A stretch of 40,383 nucleotides of DNA from a virus: the IMG/VR virus record IMGVR_UViG_3300022542_001227, positions 1-40,383 of that record. One strand, given 5' to 3'. Below, one piece after another: positions 8,364 through 15,748 of this stretch. Both the position numbers and the translations under genes were made by a program. The notes below the pieces were generated by a model that was given only the letters and a program-made list of their open reading frames with translations, did no database searches and was not told where the DNA came from. Each line of letters opens with the position of its first letter. Positions within the stretch are counted from its first letter, which is position 1.

Positions 8364-8585
8364 TCAATATCTACATACACCATAGTGAATTACATTATTT
8401 TCATAATTTGTGTGCTCATTAATTTCATGGGCATAAATGCATGGGTTCCAATAACTAAGATAGATAGTTTTGGAATAATAGTATGTGCACCCATCTACTG
8501 GTACACCATTACAACTAATTGGATTTTCAGCAATGATTAATGTCCAACCACAAACAGATGCAATACAAATTGCTACTTCAATCAA
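8364..8585 (-). CDS. Cys-rich small protein (73 aa)
   Basis: Track ORF with a TTG start in a TTGA overlap with 8582..8704. Confidence 0.4.
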   Translation of the reverse strand: MIEVAICIASVCGWTLIIAENPISCNGVPVDGCTYYYSKTIYLSYWNPCIYAHEINEHTNYENNVIHYGVCRY

Positions 8586-8704
8586 GACATGCCACTACCA
8601 AAACAAACAGGGCAATCACCAACCACTACATCACCTTCCATTTCTTGGCCAGTACCACTACATGTAATACAATCAAAGCCATCTGATTCTTCTTCAAAAC
8701 TCAT
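8582..8704 (-). CDS. DnaJ-type CxxCxGxG zinc-finger micro-protein (40 aa)
   Basis: Hand translation MSFEEESDGFDCITCSGTGQEMEGDVVVGDCPVCFGSGMS. ATGA overlap with 8701..8892. Confidence 0.45.
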   Translation of the reverse strand: MSFEEESDGFDCITCSGTGQEMEGDVVVGDCPVCFGSGMS

Positions 8705-8892
8705 TGTAGATCATCTATTCTTGCTTTCTTGTAACTATAATCTAATGTTTCAGTTAATGTTTTTTCAGTATCAGGTGTTAATAATAATCTCATATCATAA
8801 CCACATTTTTCACAAAAAATAATCAATTCATCTTGTAAATAATGTACATAACTACATCTTTTACAAGTAGTAATGTCGCCTTCATATCTCAT
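8701..8892 (-). CDS. Zinc-ribbon protein (63 aa)
   Basis: CKRC ... CEKC pairs. 4-nt overlap with the upstream gene. Confidence 0.5.
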   Translation of the reverse strand: MRYEGDITTCKRCSYVHYLQDELIIFCEKCGYDMRLLLTPDTEKTLTETLDYSYKKARIDDLQ

Positions 8893-9188
8893 TTCAATTC
8901 ATCCTTCTTTACAATTGCTGCAATAATATGTTTACAAGAAAAAGTGTGGCCATGTTCTGAAAAATAGTTTGATGCTAGGCATTTTGAATCTTTCATGTAG
9001 TCCATACCAAATTTGAAGGAAGGACAACTACATGCATTAAAGATACCATCAGCAGTAATGACACCACAATATTTTATTTTAGTTCCATCAACTACTTTGA
9101 AGTGATTCTTTGTATGAAATATTACATCAACTAGTTTTGATTTCTTGATTCGTCTATTCTTTTCAAAGATTTGTTTACTGGTGTTCAA
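8889..9188 (-). CDS. SWIM-type zinc-finger protein (99 aa)
   Basis: CSCPSFKF ... CKHIIAAI fits the CxC-xn-CxH SWIM signature. Confidence 0.6.
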   Translation of the reverse strand: MNTSKQIFEKNRRIKKSKLVDVIFHTKNHFKVVDGTKIKYCGVITADGIFNACSCPSFKFGMDYMKDSKCLASNYFSEHGHTFSCKHIIAAIVKKDELK

Positions 9189-9394
9189 TTTTTAATCAAC
9201 AACTCACTAATTTTTTTAGCATATGTACTTAGATATTTCATACCTGCAGCAACATCACCTGCAAATTCAGCAGTTAATGTACAAGTTTTAGCATCAAATC
9301 TTAAATTTTTAAATCCAAAAACTTTTCCTTCTTTGTTGACATGTAATTCAACATCTTCTGAGTGATCAACTTTTGAATCATATGTATCAAGCAT
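9185..9394 (-). CDS. Hypothetical protein (69 aa)
   Basis: Track ORF 9185..9433 trimmed to the ATG at 9394, giving an 8-nt overlap with 9387..9509. Confidence 0.5.
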   Translation of the reverse strand: MLDTYDSKVDHSEDVELHVNKEGKVFGFKNLRFDAKTCTLTAEFAGDVAAGMKYLSTYAKKISELLIKN

Positions 9395-9509
9395 GATAAT
9401 GATACCTACACTTACCAGAAATAGTTGAATCAATTGGTGCAGCTAGTATTTCAACTACTTCCATCAATTTATCAAATGTTTCATCTGATACTTTAATGTC
9501 ATATTCCAT
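9387..9509 (-). CDS. Small protein (40 aa), first gene of a motif-driven unit
   Basis: Hand translation MEYDIKVSDETFDKLMEVVEILAAPIDSTISGKCRYHYHA. The ATG abuts the GTAGCAATATGCTAC palindrome. Confidence 0.45.
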   Translation of the reverse strand: MEYDIKVSDETFDKLMEVVEILAAPIDSTISGKCRYHYHA

Positions 9510-9538
9510 GTAGCATATTGCTACATATCACTATAAAA
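9510..9538 (-). promoter_or_regulatory. Motif promoter 3: TTTTATAG at -29, palindrome GTAGCA-ATA-TGCTAC abutting the ATG
   Basis: Read directly. The palindrome spans 9510-9524. Confidence 0.6.
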
Positions 9539-9548
9539 CAGTGTCGAT

Positions 9549-9728
9549 TTACCACTTTTTCTTGACTACTTTAAAGTACTCACAAGCACCACTATGGCCC
9601 AAGCCACCATTATTGATACAAGTTTTAGTTACCTTAGTACCATTTTCTTTGAATATTTTCTGAATAGTACATTGGATAAAATCATTAGGTGTCTTTTGTA
9701 ATATGGTAGTTTTAGATTGTCTTCTCAA
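9549..9728 (-). CDS. Possible basic Cys/His protein (59 aa)
   Basis: Only the part of track ORF 9549..9929 that lies downstream of the TerL stop. Requires a TTG start. Confidence 0.35.
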   Translation of the reverse strand: MRRQSKTTILQKTPNDFIQCTIQKIFKENGTKVTKTCINNGGLGHSGACEYFKVVKKKW

Positions 9729-9747
9729 CCTGTAATGATATGATTCA

Positions 9748-11538
9748 TTAGAGTGTCTTAAACCAACCTGAACTATCATTTTTGAGTAAGTGAGCAACAA
9801 ACATGTACACAAGTGCATGCATTGCATCATCTGGTTCTGTTTCATCATGTTCATACACCATAGTTTCCCTGCCTTTTCGTAGTACCATAACCCCTTCAAC
9901 TGCTTCAAAGTTGTCAATGAGCCAATCATTATCTGTATCAGTAAATCCAGGCAATCCAGTATTATATGGAATAATTAATCTAGGAAATGTATTGTTCCCT
10001 TGCACATGATACCTTGTCATAAGATCACGTAGTTGCTCAATTGCATATGTTCTATCTATCATGTATCTATTATCATATCGCAGTTGATCAATTTCTTCTG
10101 GTTTTGGTAATGGAAATTCTGGCCTGCCCATTGGATAATAATTAATTCTAACAACACGTGGCCCAAATGTATCTTGTAGTTTTTGTACTTGTCTAGTTCC
10201 ACCACCAGCATCTATTCCAACCATATCAACTTCATATGCATTGATTAATGAAATTAGCATGTCTGCTTGTTTCTCAACATCTTTTTCTTTGATTCGTCTT
10301 ACGTACAATGTTTTGAAAATTGGTGCAGTTGGGTGTAGTCTTTGTGCAATCCAGATTATTGTATATGCTTTGTTGCCACCACCAAGATCTATTCCAGCAA
10401 GTATGGGGCCTTTTGTTTTATCAATTAAGTCTGCAGGTGTTAGTGAAGATGATTTATCAAATAGTTTTTCAAGGTCTTCACGTAGAAATGGTTTTGCTGC
10501 ACCTTTGATGAACTTGGCCTTAATGTGACGCATGTATTCATCATATGTTAATTCGTTCTTCAACCACTGTAAAGACCACTTGATAGAAATTTTGTATTTC
10601 TGCATTGCTTCTGTTTCTGTAACTGGAACATTTGGAAATATTTCTTGGCCCATGTGATAACCGTTAATTGGTGAATCATGATTTGCTTGTGATACCCATT
10701 TACCTGCAAGTAGTGGTTTCATGTAATTACCCCACACTAATCTGCTTCTTCCAATTGTAAATTCATCTTCAAGTAGTTCTTTACAATTGTATCCTAGGAA
10801 TTTTAAACCATCACGCCACTTTTCATTGTCATATATCCATTCCATTTGATTTGATTCAAGCCATCCTTTGTGATGTTTAGTGCCAATGTATCCACCGATA
10901 CCTGCAAGAAATGAATTACCTTGTGTCCAGGAAGATGCAAGTATTAGCCTACCATATGCTACCATGTTCAAGTATTGCCATTCATCTAGAAAATTATCAT
11001 CAGTAGATTTTCCTTCAGCGTGTGTAAAGTCATGATTATGTGTAATGAAATCTTGCTTACTACCATTTAGAAAATCCATATGATTCATTGAACCAAGTGT
11101 TGTACCGTTTACAAATTTAGCAAGGAAGTTATCTTTGCCACCAAATACTGATTGTCGATATTTAGCACCAACAAATGTTCGTCTTGATTCATCTTCATAT
11201 GTACAGTACAATTGCCAAGAATTATTTTTAGTAATTGCTTTGTATGCAAGTTTGTTTCCAATTAATGATGTTTTGCCACGTTGTCTTGCAATTACATATC
11301 GCTGTTCATCAGATTCATCTTCATATGGTTGTTTCCACATTGGTAAAAATTCTAAGATATTACGTTTGCCTTCAAAGTATGGCCTATACTTTATTGTAAA
11401 TTCGTAACAGTTAGCTGCATCAATTTGTGGTAAGGTGTCTACTGCTGCTTCCTTTGCTTGATTCAAAGAAGCCATTGAGATCTTCGATTCGTTGTGCTTC
11501 TCTACTGTCTTCCATCTTTTTGTTCTGGTCACTGTCAT
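9748..11538 (-). CDS. terL: Terminase large subunit
   Basis: Walker A-like VIARQRGKTS and Walker B LDEWQ. RNaseH-like nuclease Asp motifs GIDLGGG, GIDAGGG and DDAMHA. 596 aa. An alternative start at M22 is possible. Confidence 0.9.
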   Translation of the reverse strand: MTVTRTKRWKTVEKHNESKISMASLNQAKEAAVDTLPQIDAANCYEFTIKYRPYFEGKRNILEFLPMWKQPYEDESDEQRYVIARQRGKTSLIGNKLAYKAITKNNSWQLYCTYEDESRRTFVGAKYRQSVFGGKDNFLAKFVNGTTLGSMNHMDFLNGSKQDFITHNHDFTHAEGKSTDDNFLDEWQYLNMVAYGRLILASSWTQGNSFLAGIGGYIGTKHHKGWLESNQMEWIYDNEKWRDGLKFLGYNCKELLEDEFTIGRSRLVWGNYMKPLLAGKWVSQANHDSPINGYHMGQEIFPNVPVTETEAMQKYKISIKWSLQWLKNELTYDEYMRHIKAKFIKGAAKPFLREDLEKLFDKSSSLTPADLIDKTKGPILAGIDLGGGNKAYTIIWIAQRLHPTAPIFKTLYVRRIKEKDVEKQADMLISLINAYEVDMVGIDAGGGTRQVQKLQDTFGPRVVRINYYPMGRPEFPLPKPEEIDQLRYDNRYMIDRTYAIEQLRDLMTRYHVQGNNTFPRLIIPYNTGLPGFTDTDNDWLIDNFEAVEGVMVLRKGRETMVYEHDETEPDDAMHALVYMFVAHLLKNDSSGWFKTL

Positions 11539-11911
11539 ATTCTATAATGCCTTGTACTTCATCATAATAACTGGTTAAAATTTCTTGCAGTCTGGCCATG
11601 CTATTGTATACAAACTGTGCATCTCTAAATTTTTCTGCAGCAACACATGCTTCTGCATTTTTAAAACTTAATCCAATCAGTTGATCAATTCTATCAATTG
11701 CTTCAATTTGTTTTTTCAGTACACCTTCTAAGATGAAACGTTTCTTTCTTTTCTCAACATTTGCATCAATTTGGCCAAGTGTGTAACGATATTGATTAGA
11801 AGTTAATGTGTAACCATGTTCTTTTTTAATCCAATCCCTTGCTTTTGTTTCTGGCATGTTGAAGATCGAAGTAGTTAGTACTGCAGATTCACGTGGATTA
11901 AATATTGACAT
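11420..11911 (-). CDS. Candidate terminase small subunit (163 aa)
   Basis: Helical protein immediately upstream of, and overlapping, terL. The call rests on position only. Confidence 0.4.
   Translation of the reverse strand: MSIFNPRESAVLTTSIFNMPETKARDWIKKEHGYTLTSNQYRYTLGQIDANVEKRKKRFILEGVLKKQIEAIDRIDQLIGLSFKNAEACVAAEKFRDAQFVYNSMARLQEILTSYYDEVQGIIEYDSDQNKKMEDSREAQRIEDLNGFFESSKGSSSRHLTTN
11604..11613. repeat. TTGTATACAA palindrome, copy 1 (inside the terS candidate)
   Basis: Read directly. Confidence 0.7.
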
Positions 11912-12084
11912 TTACTCACTAATCACCAATACAATTAATGAATTTCATGAATTTAAGGGCTTTGTATACAATCACGCCTGATCGAATAAAAAATTTGCAT
12001 TTCGTGGGCGGTAAGATAGTATGTTAGATTGTATGTACGAGAATTAGTATGATGTATGTAAAATAAAATAAGATAGTAAGTAAG
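11912..12084. other. 173-bp non-coding repeat-rich region upstream of the terS candidate
   Basis: TAAGATAGTA twice (12012-12021 and 12070-12079), GTATGTA twice, the TTGTATACAA palindrome, and two GC-rich patches (cacgcctgatcg, cgtgggcgg). Confidence 0.5.
11962..11971. repeat. TTGTATACAA palindrome, copy 2 (51 nt upstream of the terS candidate start)
   Basis: Read directly. Confidence 0.7.
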
Positions 12085-12285
12085 TTATACTACTTTCTTA
12101 CTTGATTGATTACCTTTAGGTTTTGTTCCAGGAATTGGTCTTAATGAAAGTGCTTCATCAATATCTTTGATGCCAGTGGTTCCTTCCTTAACAAATTGTG
12201 CTACAATAGGCCATTCAAAATAAATCAAATGTGAACGAAATGCTTCAATTGATTCATAACCTTGGCCTTTCCAATTATAACCCAT
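12085..12285 (-). CDS. Hypothetical protein (66 aa)
   Basis: Track ORF with ATG start, preceded by a 168-nt non-coding stretch. Confidence 0.5.
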   Translation of the reverse strand: MGYNWKGQGYESIEAFRSHLIYFEWPIVAQFVKEGTTGIKDIDEALSLRPIPGTKPKGNQSSKKVV

Positions 12286-12453
12286 ATCTAATTATTCTAA
12301 TATCTCTATTTAACTGTGATTGCAAATGGTTGTGAAGCCATATTGCAGTGATTTGGCTGAACAAGCGTTTGCAATTGCAGTGTACCTTGCGTAATGTAAC
12401 ACTACTAAAACTATTGATTTTGGAAGGGGTGTGGGGAAACCTTTTAGATCAAT
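12286..12453 (-). other. 168-nt non-coding, comparatively GC-rich structured region (long 5' UTR or small RNA candidate)
   Basis: No ORF longer than 11 codons on the gene strand. TGCAATTGCA palindrome (12371-12380), ATTGCAGTG twice (12342-12350 and 12373-12381), and an imperfect hairpin tgcaaatgg/ccatattgca. Confidence 0.35.
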
Positions 12454-12473
12454 GGTGCTAATTTAGAACCATT
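12454..12473 (-). promoter_or_regulatory. Near-palindromic 20-mer, copy 2
   Basis: AATGGT/ACCATT arms. Overlaps the stop codon of 12472..12588. Confidence 0.5.
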
Positions 12474-12588
12474 AAAGCATCTCAGGCTTAGATTCTTCAT
12501 GGCATTCAGTACAGGTAATTTGATTAACTTTCTTGATATTCTTGTTGCAGGCCCTACAAATTATTTCTTCATCAAAGTATTCAATCAT
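12472..12588 (-). CDS. Zinc-ribbon micro-protein (38 aa)
   Basis: Hand translation MIEYFDEEIICRACNKNIKKVNQITCTECHEESKPEML. ATGA overlap with 12585..12794. Confidence 0.4.
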   Translation of the reverse strand: MIEYFDEEIICRACNKNIKKVNQITCTECHEESKPEML

Positions 12589-12794
12589 TCAAAATCAATT
12601 GGTAATGTATCTTGGCCACCTAATTTTGCAATTAATGGTGCTATCTTTTCCATCAATGTGGTTAGTTGTTCATTACTACCTTTTGCAGATAATGATAGTT
12701 TGAATTCAGTACCACGTGGTACAATTCCAACATCTTTTTCTTTCTTTTGTCCATTAGATTTTGTGATTTTATAATTCCATTCTATTTGATCCAT
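12585..12794 (-). CDS. Hypothetical protein (69 aa), first gene of a motif-driven unit
   Basis: Track ORF. The ATG abuts ATGCTAC. Confidence 0.55.
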   Translation of the reverse strand: MDQIEWNYKITKSNGQKKEKDVGIVPRGTEFKLSLSAKGSNEQLTTLMEKIAPLIAKLGGQDTLPIDFE

Positions 12795-12822
12795 GTAGCA
12801 TTACAAATTTAGTATCATAAAA
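12795..12822 (-). promoter_or_regulatory. Motif promoter 4: TTTTATGA at -28, single ATGCTAC abutting the ATG
   Basis: Read directly. Confidence 0.5.
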
Positions 12823-12903
12823 AGATTAGGATGATTCACATGGCCAGATCGTTCATCTTATTCAGTTATACTGCTATTGATTAAAAAAATTACTATACAT
12901 TGA

Positions 12904-13215
12904 TTATTCTAGTACGATAAATGAATCAATATCTACACCTGCACCATTGTTTGTATCAAAATTTAACTTTGCATTATGTGGTACAAAATCCAGCAAGTGG
13001 TGTATTCTATCAGTTACCTGTGTGTCAATATCCATGAATATGCTACCATTATCAAATGTAACACGTATGCTTGGCAGAAATCCAAATGCAACAATTAGTA
13101 CTTCACTAACTTTTCCTGGTGGTGCTTCTACTGATAATGGTTTTTCAAAAAATAATTCATTTTGATCTTTATGGCCAGATGTTTCACCCAATTTAGTATG
13201 GTGTTCTATTCCCAT
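12904..13215 (-). CDS. Hypothetical protein (103 aa)
   Basis: Track ORF with ATG start and a TATA-like box about 31 nt upstream. Confidence 0.5.
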   Translation of the reverse strand: MGIEHHTKLGETSGHKDQNELFFEKPLSVEAPPGKVSEVLIVAFGFLPSIRVTFDNGSIFMDIDTQVTDRIHHLLDFVPHNAKLNFDTNNGAGVDIDSFIVLE

Positions 13216-13317
13216 GAAGATCTAACACGTTGTTATAAGATTTAAGATACTGTGATTCATGTGTAGTAAATTATAAAACAAAGTTTTTTTGAAAATTTTA
13301 AATTAGTAACATAAAGT

Positions 13318-13488
13318 TCAGCAAGATAACCAGGGGTAAATGGTGCAAATGTATGATGGAATGATACCGTTTTCAAGAATTATTCCACTTGAATAAAATA
13401 TTGATTCACCAAATGCAGTTTCAAGTAATGATGCTATGATTATTACTAGTACAATAATTGGTAGAATTGCATATATTTTTGCATTCAT
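13318..13488 (-). CDS. Small membrane or secreted protein (56 aa)
   Basis: Hand translation MNAKIYAILPIIVLVIIIASLLETAFGE... with an N-terminal hydrophobic helix. Confidence 0.4.
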   Translation of the reverse strand: MNAKIYAILPIIVLVIIIASLLETAFGESIFYSSGIILENGIIPSYICTIYPWLSC

Positions 13489-13527
13489 TACTTACGTGAT
13501 TCACCTAGAATTATTTAAAGAATGATA

Positions 13528-14094
13528 CTAAAGTGGAACTCTATAAACTGTAATCTTTGTTCCAATTTTCCAAGTGCTTGTACTTGTTCTAAGTGTAATA
13601 GATGTGATTGAATCATGGTCTTGTTTTAATCTTCCACTACCTATTGATCTGCCATCAGTACCAGCAAAATCTGATTTAATGATTGGGTTGTCTGCACCTG
13701 CACCTTCAGGTATTGCAACATCTATTGTTCCAAGAAAGAATCCACCTGCGTCATTAATTTGTGATGGGAATACTACCATTGTTGAAATATTATCAAAATT
13801 GTCTGGTGCTGTAGTTAATCCTCCAGTAAATCTCGCTAAATCAGAATTATAATCCCCAGCAGTCACACCATTAAGCCTCATTTGCATTGTAAATGCAAGA
13901 GTTGTTTTTCCCATCACGTCTACTACTATTTTTGAATCCTTTGTAAAATCTACTGCATCAAAACTAATTGTTTTTTCTGCTTCATCTGATGCAGCAATAT
14001 ATTCACCTATTTTTATTCTAGGTTTTAATGTATCATCTAATGCATCAATTGTTAATGAACCTGGTGAAGGTGGGTTTCCTTGTGGTAATGGCAT
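13528..14094 (-). CDS. Hypothetical beta-rich protein (188 aa), possibly structural
   Basis: Track ORF with a TAATG overlap with 14094..14426. Confidence 0.55.
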   Translation of the reverse strand: MPLPQGNPPSPGSLTIDALDDTLKPRIKIGEYIAASDEAEKTISFDAVDFTKDSKIVVDVMGKTTLAFTMQMRLNGVTAGDYNSDLARFTGGLTTAPDNFDNISTMVVFPSQINDAGGFFLGTIDVAIPEGAGADNPIIKSDFAGTDGRSIGSGRLKQDHDSITSITLRTSTSTWKIGTKITVYRVPL

Positions 14095-14426
14095 TAACTT
14101 GAATCCTCATGGATTTCACAAAAACTAACAGTAGTGCCTGCTGCATCATCTGTTCTTAGATTAATTAATGCACCATGTTTTACACGTACGCCAAATTCAA
14201 AAATTGAACCTGCTACAAGTGCTACACCGCCATTAAGATAACCAAATAATGTTCCATCAATTGTTGCTTGAATTTTTACTGCAGTAGTTAATTGAATGGT
14301 TATAAGAATTTTAGTCGAACCTGCATCAAATCTTGCACCACTTTTAATATCAGATGCTAGAAATTCAGCATTTTGAGCAAATACACCTGGTGTTGCTTCA
14401 CCTTTGAATTTTGTTTGTCTTCCCAT
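14094..14426 (-). CDS. Hypothetical beta-rich protein (110 aa)
   Basis: Track ORF with ATG start. Confidence 0.55.
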   Translation of the reverse strand: MGRQTKFKGEATPGVFAQNAEFLASDIKSGARFDAGSTKILITIQLTTAVKIQATIDGTLFGYLNGGVALVAGSIFEFGVRVKHGALINLRTDDAAGTTVSFCEIHEDSS

Positions 14427-14650
14427 AAATTCAAAATATAATCCAAGTAATTAAATATTTTGTGTGGCCATCTTACCAGATCATCATGATGAATCAAAGC
14501 TAAGTATGCAAAGTCGTGTCCACTTTCTGGCATACACTTGCCACACAATGGTTTGTTTTGATCCTTGTAATTAAATAGTGTGCTCAGGTAAGAAAGGTTC
14601 ATCATGACAATATCCATATCAGAACCAAGTGAATCATCATTACACACCAT
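14357..14650 (-). CDS. Hypothetical protein (97 aa)
   Basis: Track ORF. Its 3' end overlaps 14094..14426 by 70 nt, so the boundaries are uncertain. Confidence 0.35.
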   Translation of the reverse strand: MVCNDDSLGSDMDIVMMNLSYLSTLFNYKDQNKPLCGKCMPESGHDFAYLALIHHDDLVRWPHKIFNYLDYILNLWEDKQNSKVKQHQVYLLKMLNF

Positions 14651-14731
14651 CTTCTATTTCTTTGAAATCTTTATCAAGTTTTGCTATTAGATCTTTGATT
14701 TTTTGTATTATCTTCTTTTCTTTTTGGTTCA

Positions 14732-14950
14732 TTATCTATGGAATAGATCAACGTACTCATAGGGTATTTTGATTGTTTTGGGTATCTTTGTAATTTTTTG
14801 TGCAAACTTTATCAATTTTTCATGTTGCATTTCTTGATTTTTTACAAGTTCTTGTAGAATTAACCAATGTTTTCTTTTGATATGATTTACAATATGTGTT
14901 GTTAGTTCATATGATTTTGGGCAGTATGGACACTTTAATGAATTCACCAT
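14732..14950 (-). CDS. C2H2 zinc-finger protein (72 aa)
   Basis: LKCPYCPKSYELTTHIVNHIKRKH is a classical C-x2-C-x12-H-x4-H finger. The track TTG start is replaced by the ATG at 14950. Confidence 0.55.
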   Translation of the reverse strand: MVNSLKCPYCPKSYELTTHIVNHIKRKHWLILQELVKNQEMQHEKLIKFAQKITKIPKTIKIPYEYVDLFHR

Positions 14951-14968
14951 CAATATCACCAAAAAAAA

Positions 14969-15127
14969 CTAGGAAAGTTTAGCATCAATTTTATCAATGC
15001 TAACTCCTAGTAGATTTTTTTCTTTTGTAAGTAGATGCATTTGTTCATCAATTTGTGTAATTCTAGTTACTGCATCAAGTCTTTCTTGTTGAAGAATTTT
15101 TGTTGCTTCTTTTGCTGGGCTTTTCAT
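14969..15127 (-). CDS. Small coiled-coil protein (52 aa)
   Basis: Hand translation MKSPAKEATKILQQERLDAVTRITQIDEQMHLL... ATGA overlap with 15124..15555. Confidence 0.4.
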   Translation of the reverse strand: MKSPAKEATKILQQERLDAVTRITQIDEQMHLLTKEKNLLGVSIDKIDAKLS

Positions 15128-15555
15128 GATTCATCAACTTGTGATTCTAGTTTATAGATTTCACCACTTCTAAATACTTGATCTGCACGTGACATTTCAG
15201 ACAATCGACCTCTTATTGTTGATTCACTGTAAAGTGATTCAAACTCTTTGATGATTTCTTGTTTTGTTTTTGGGCCATGTTGTAGAAATTTAGATATTTT
15301 TGCAGGTAATGTACTACCTTCTAATGATGGTACATATCCTTCTGGTAGTTGATCTTCTGCAATTACCCAACCACTAAATCTTGAATCAGTATCAATATGG
15401 TATCTGATTTGTTTGTTTTCTTCAAGATTAGATAGTGCACTACGAGTTTCAGCACCATATCTTTGGTGTAATTCACTTAGCTTATGTGTGCCACTGTATT
15501 TTTTTAAAAATTGTAGTAGTGATTCTTGTGTTGCCATAGATGATTCCACCATCAT
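15124..15555 (-). CDS. Tandem winged-helix DNA-binding protein (143 aa)
   Basis: Two wHTH-like segments: LSELHQRYGAETRSALSNLEENKQIRY and KQEIIKEFESLYSESTIRGRLSEMSRADQVFR. Confidence 0.45.
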   Translation of the reverse strand: MMVESSMATQESLLQFLKKYSGTHKLSELHQRYGAETRSALSNLEENKQIRYHIDTDSRFSGWVIAEDQLPEGYVPSLEGSTLPAKISKFLQHGPKTKQEIIKEFESLYSESTIRGRLSEMSRADQVFRSGEIYKLESQVDES

Positions 15556-15704
15556 AGTTTAACCACCTTTCTAAGTTCTGCATTAAGTACTGCTGAAAAA
15601 GAAACACTATGTGTGCTAACAGTAATTAGTTTTGCTTGTTTTTTACGCAATGCTGTTTGTATATCACCATCTAACATGATGGTAATTCTACTTGCTTTAT
15701 TCAT
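15552..15704 (-). CDS. Ribbon-helix-helix (CopG/Arc-like) DNA-binding protein (50 aa)
   Basis: Hand translation MNKASRITIMLDGDIQTALRKKQAKLITVSTHSVSFSAVLNAELRKVVKL. It shows the beta strand, helix, loop, helix pattern. The ATG abuts the best palindrome. ATGA overlap with the next gene. Confidence 0.6.
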   Translation of the reverse strand: MNKASRITIMLDGDIQTALRKKQAKLITVSTHSVSFSAVLNAELRKVVKL

Positions 15705-15734
15705 GTAGCAAATTGCTACATGGTTCTTAATATA
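15705..15734 (-). promoter_or_regulatory. Motif promoter 5: TATATTAA at -30, 9-bp-arm palindrome CATGTAGCA-ATT-TGCTACATG
   Basis: Read directly. Core palindrome at 15705-15719. Drives the RHH gene. Confidence 0.6.
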
Positions 15735-15748
15735 TTGATCGTAATACT

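Noticed and set aside
9729-9929. N-terminal two thirds of track ORF 9549..9929
   Set aside because: It overlaps the well-supported C-terminus of the large terminase in another frame and reads as M/C/L-rich nonsense. Only the part downstream of the terL stop was kept, at low confidence.
12499-12774. 91-aa plus-strand ORF downstream of a GAAACCTTTT sequence resembling the late element
   Set aside because: It lies antisense to two coupled minus-strand genes (12472..12588 and 12585..12794). The putative box is about 50 nt from the ATG, unlike every other promoter here.
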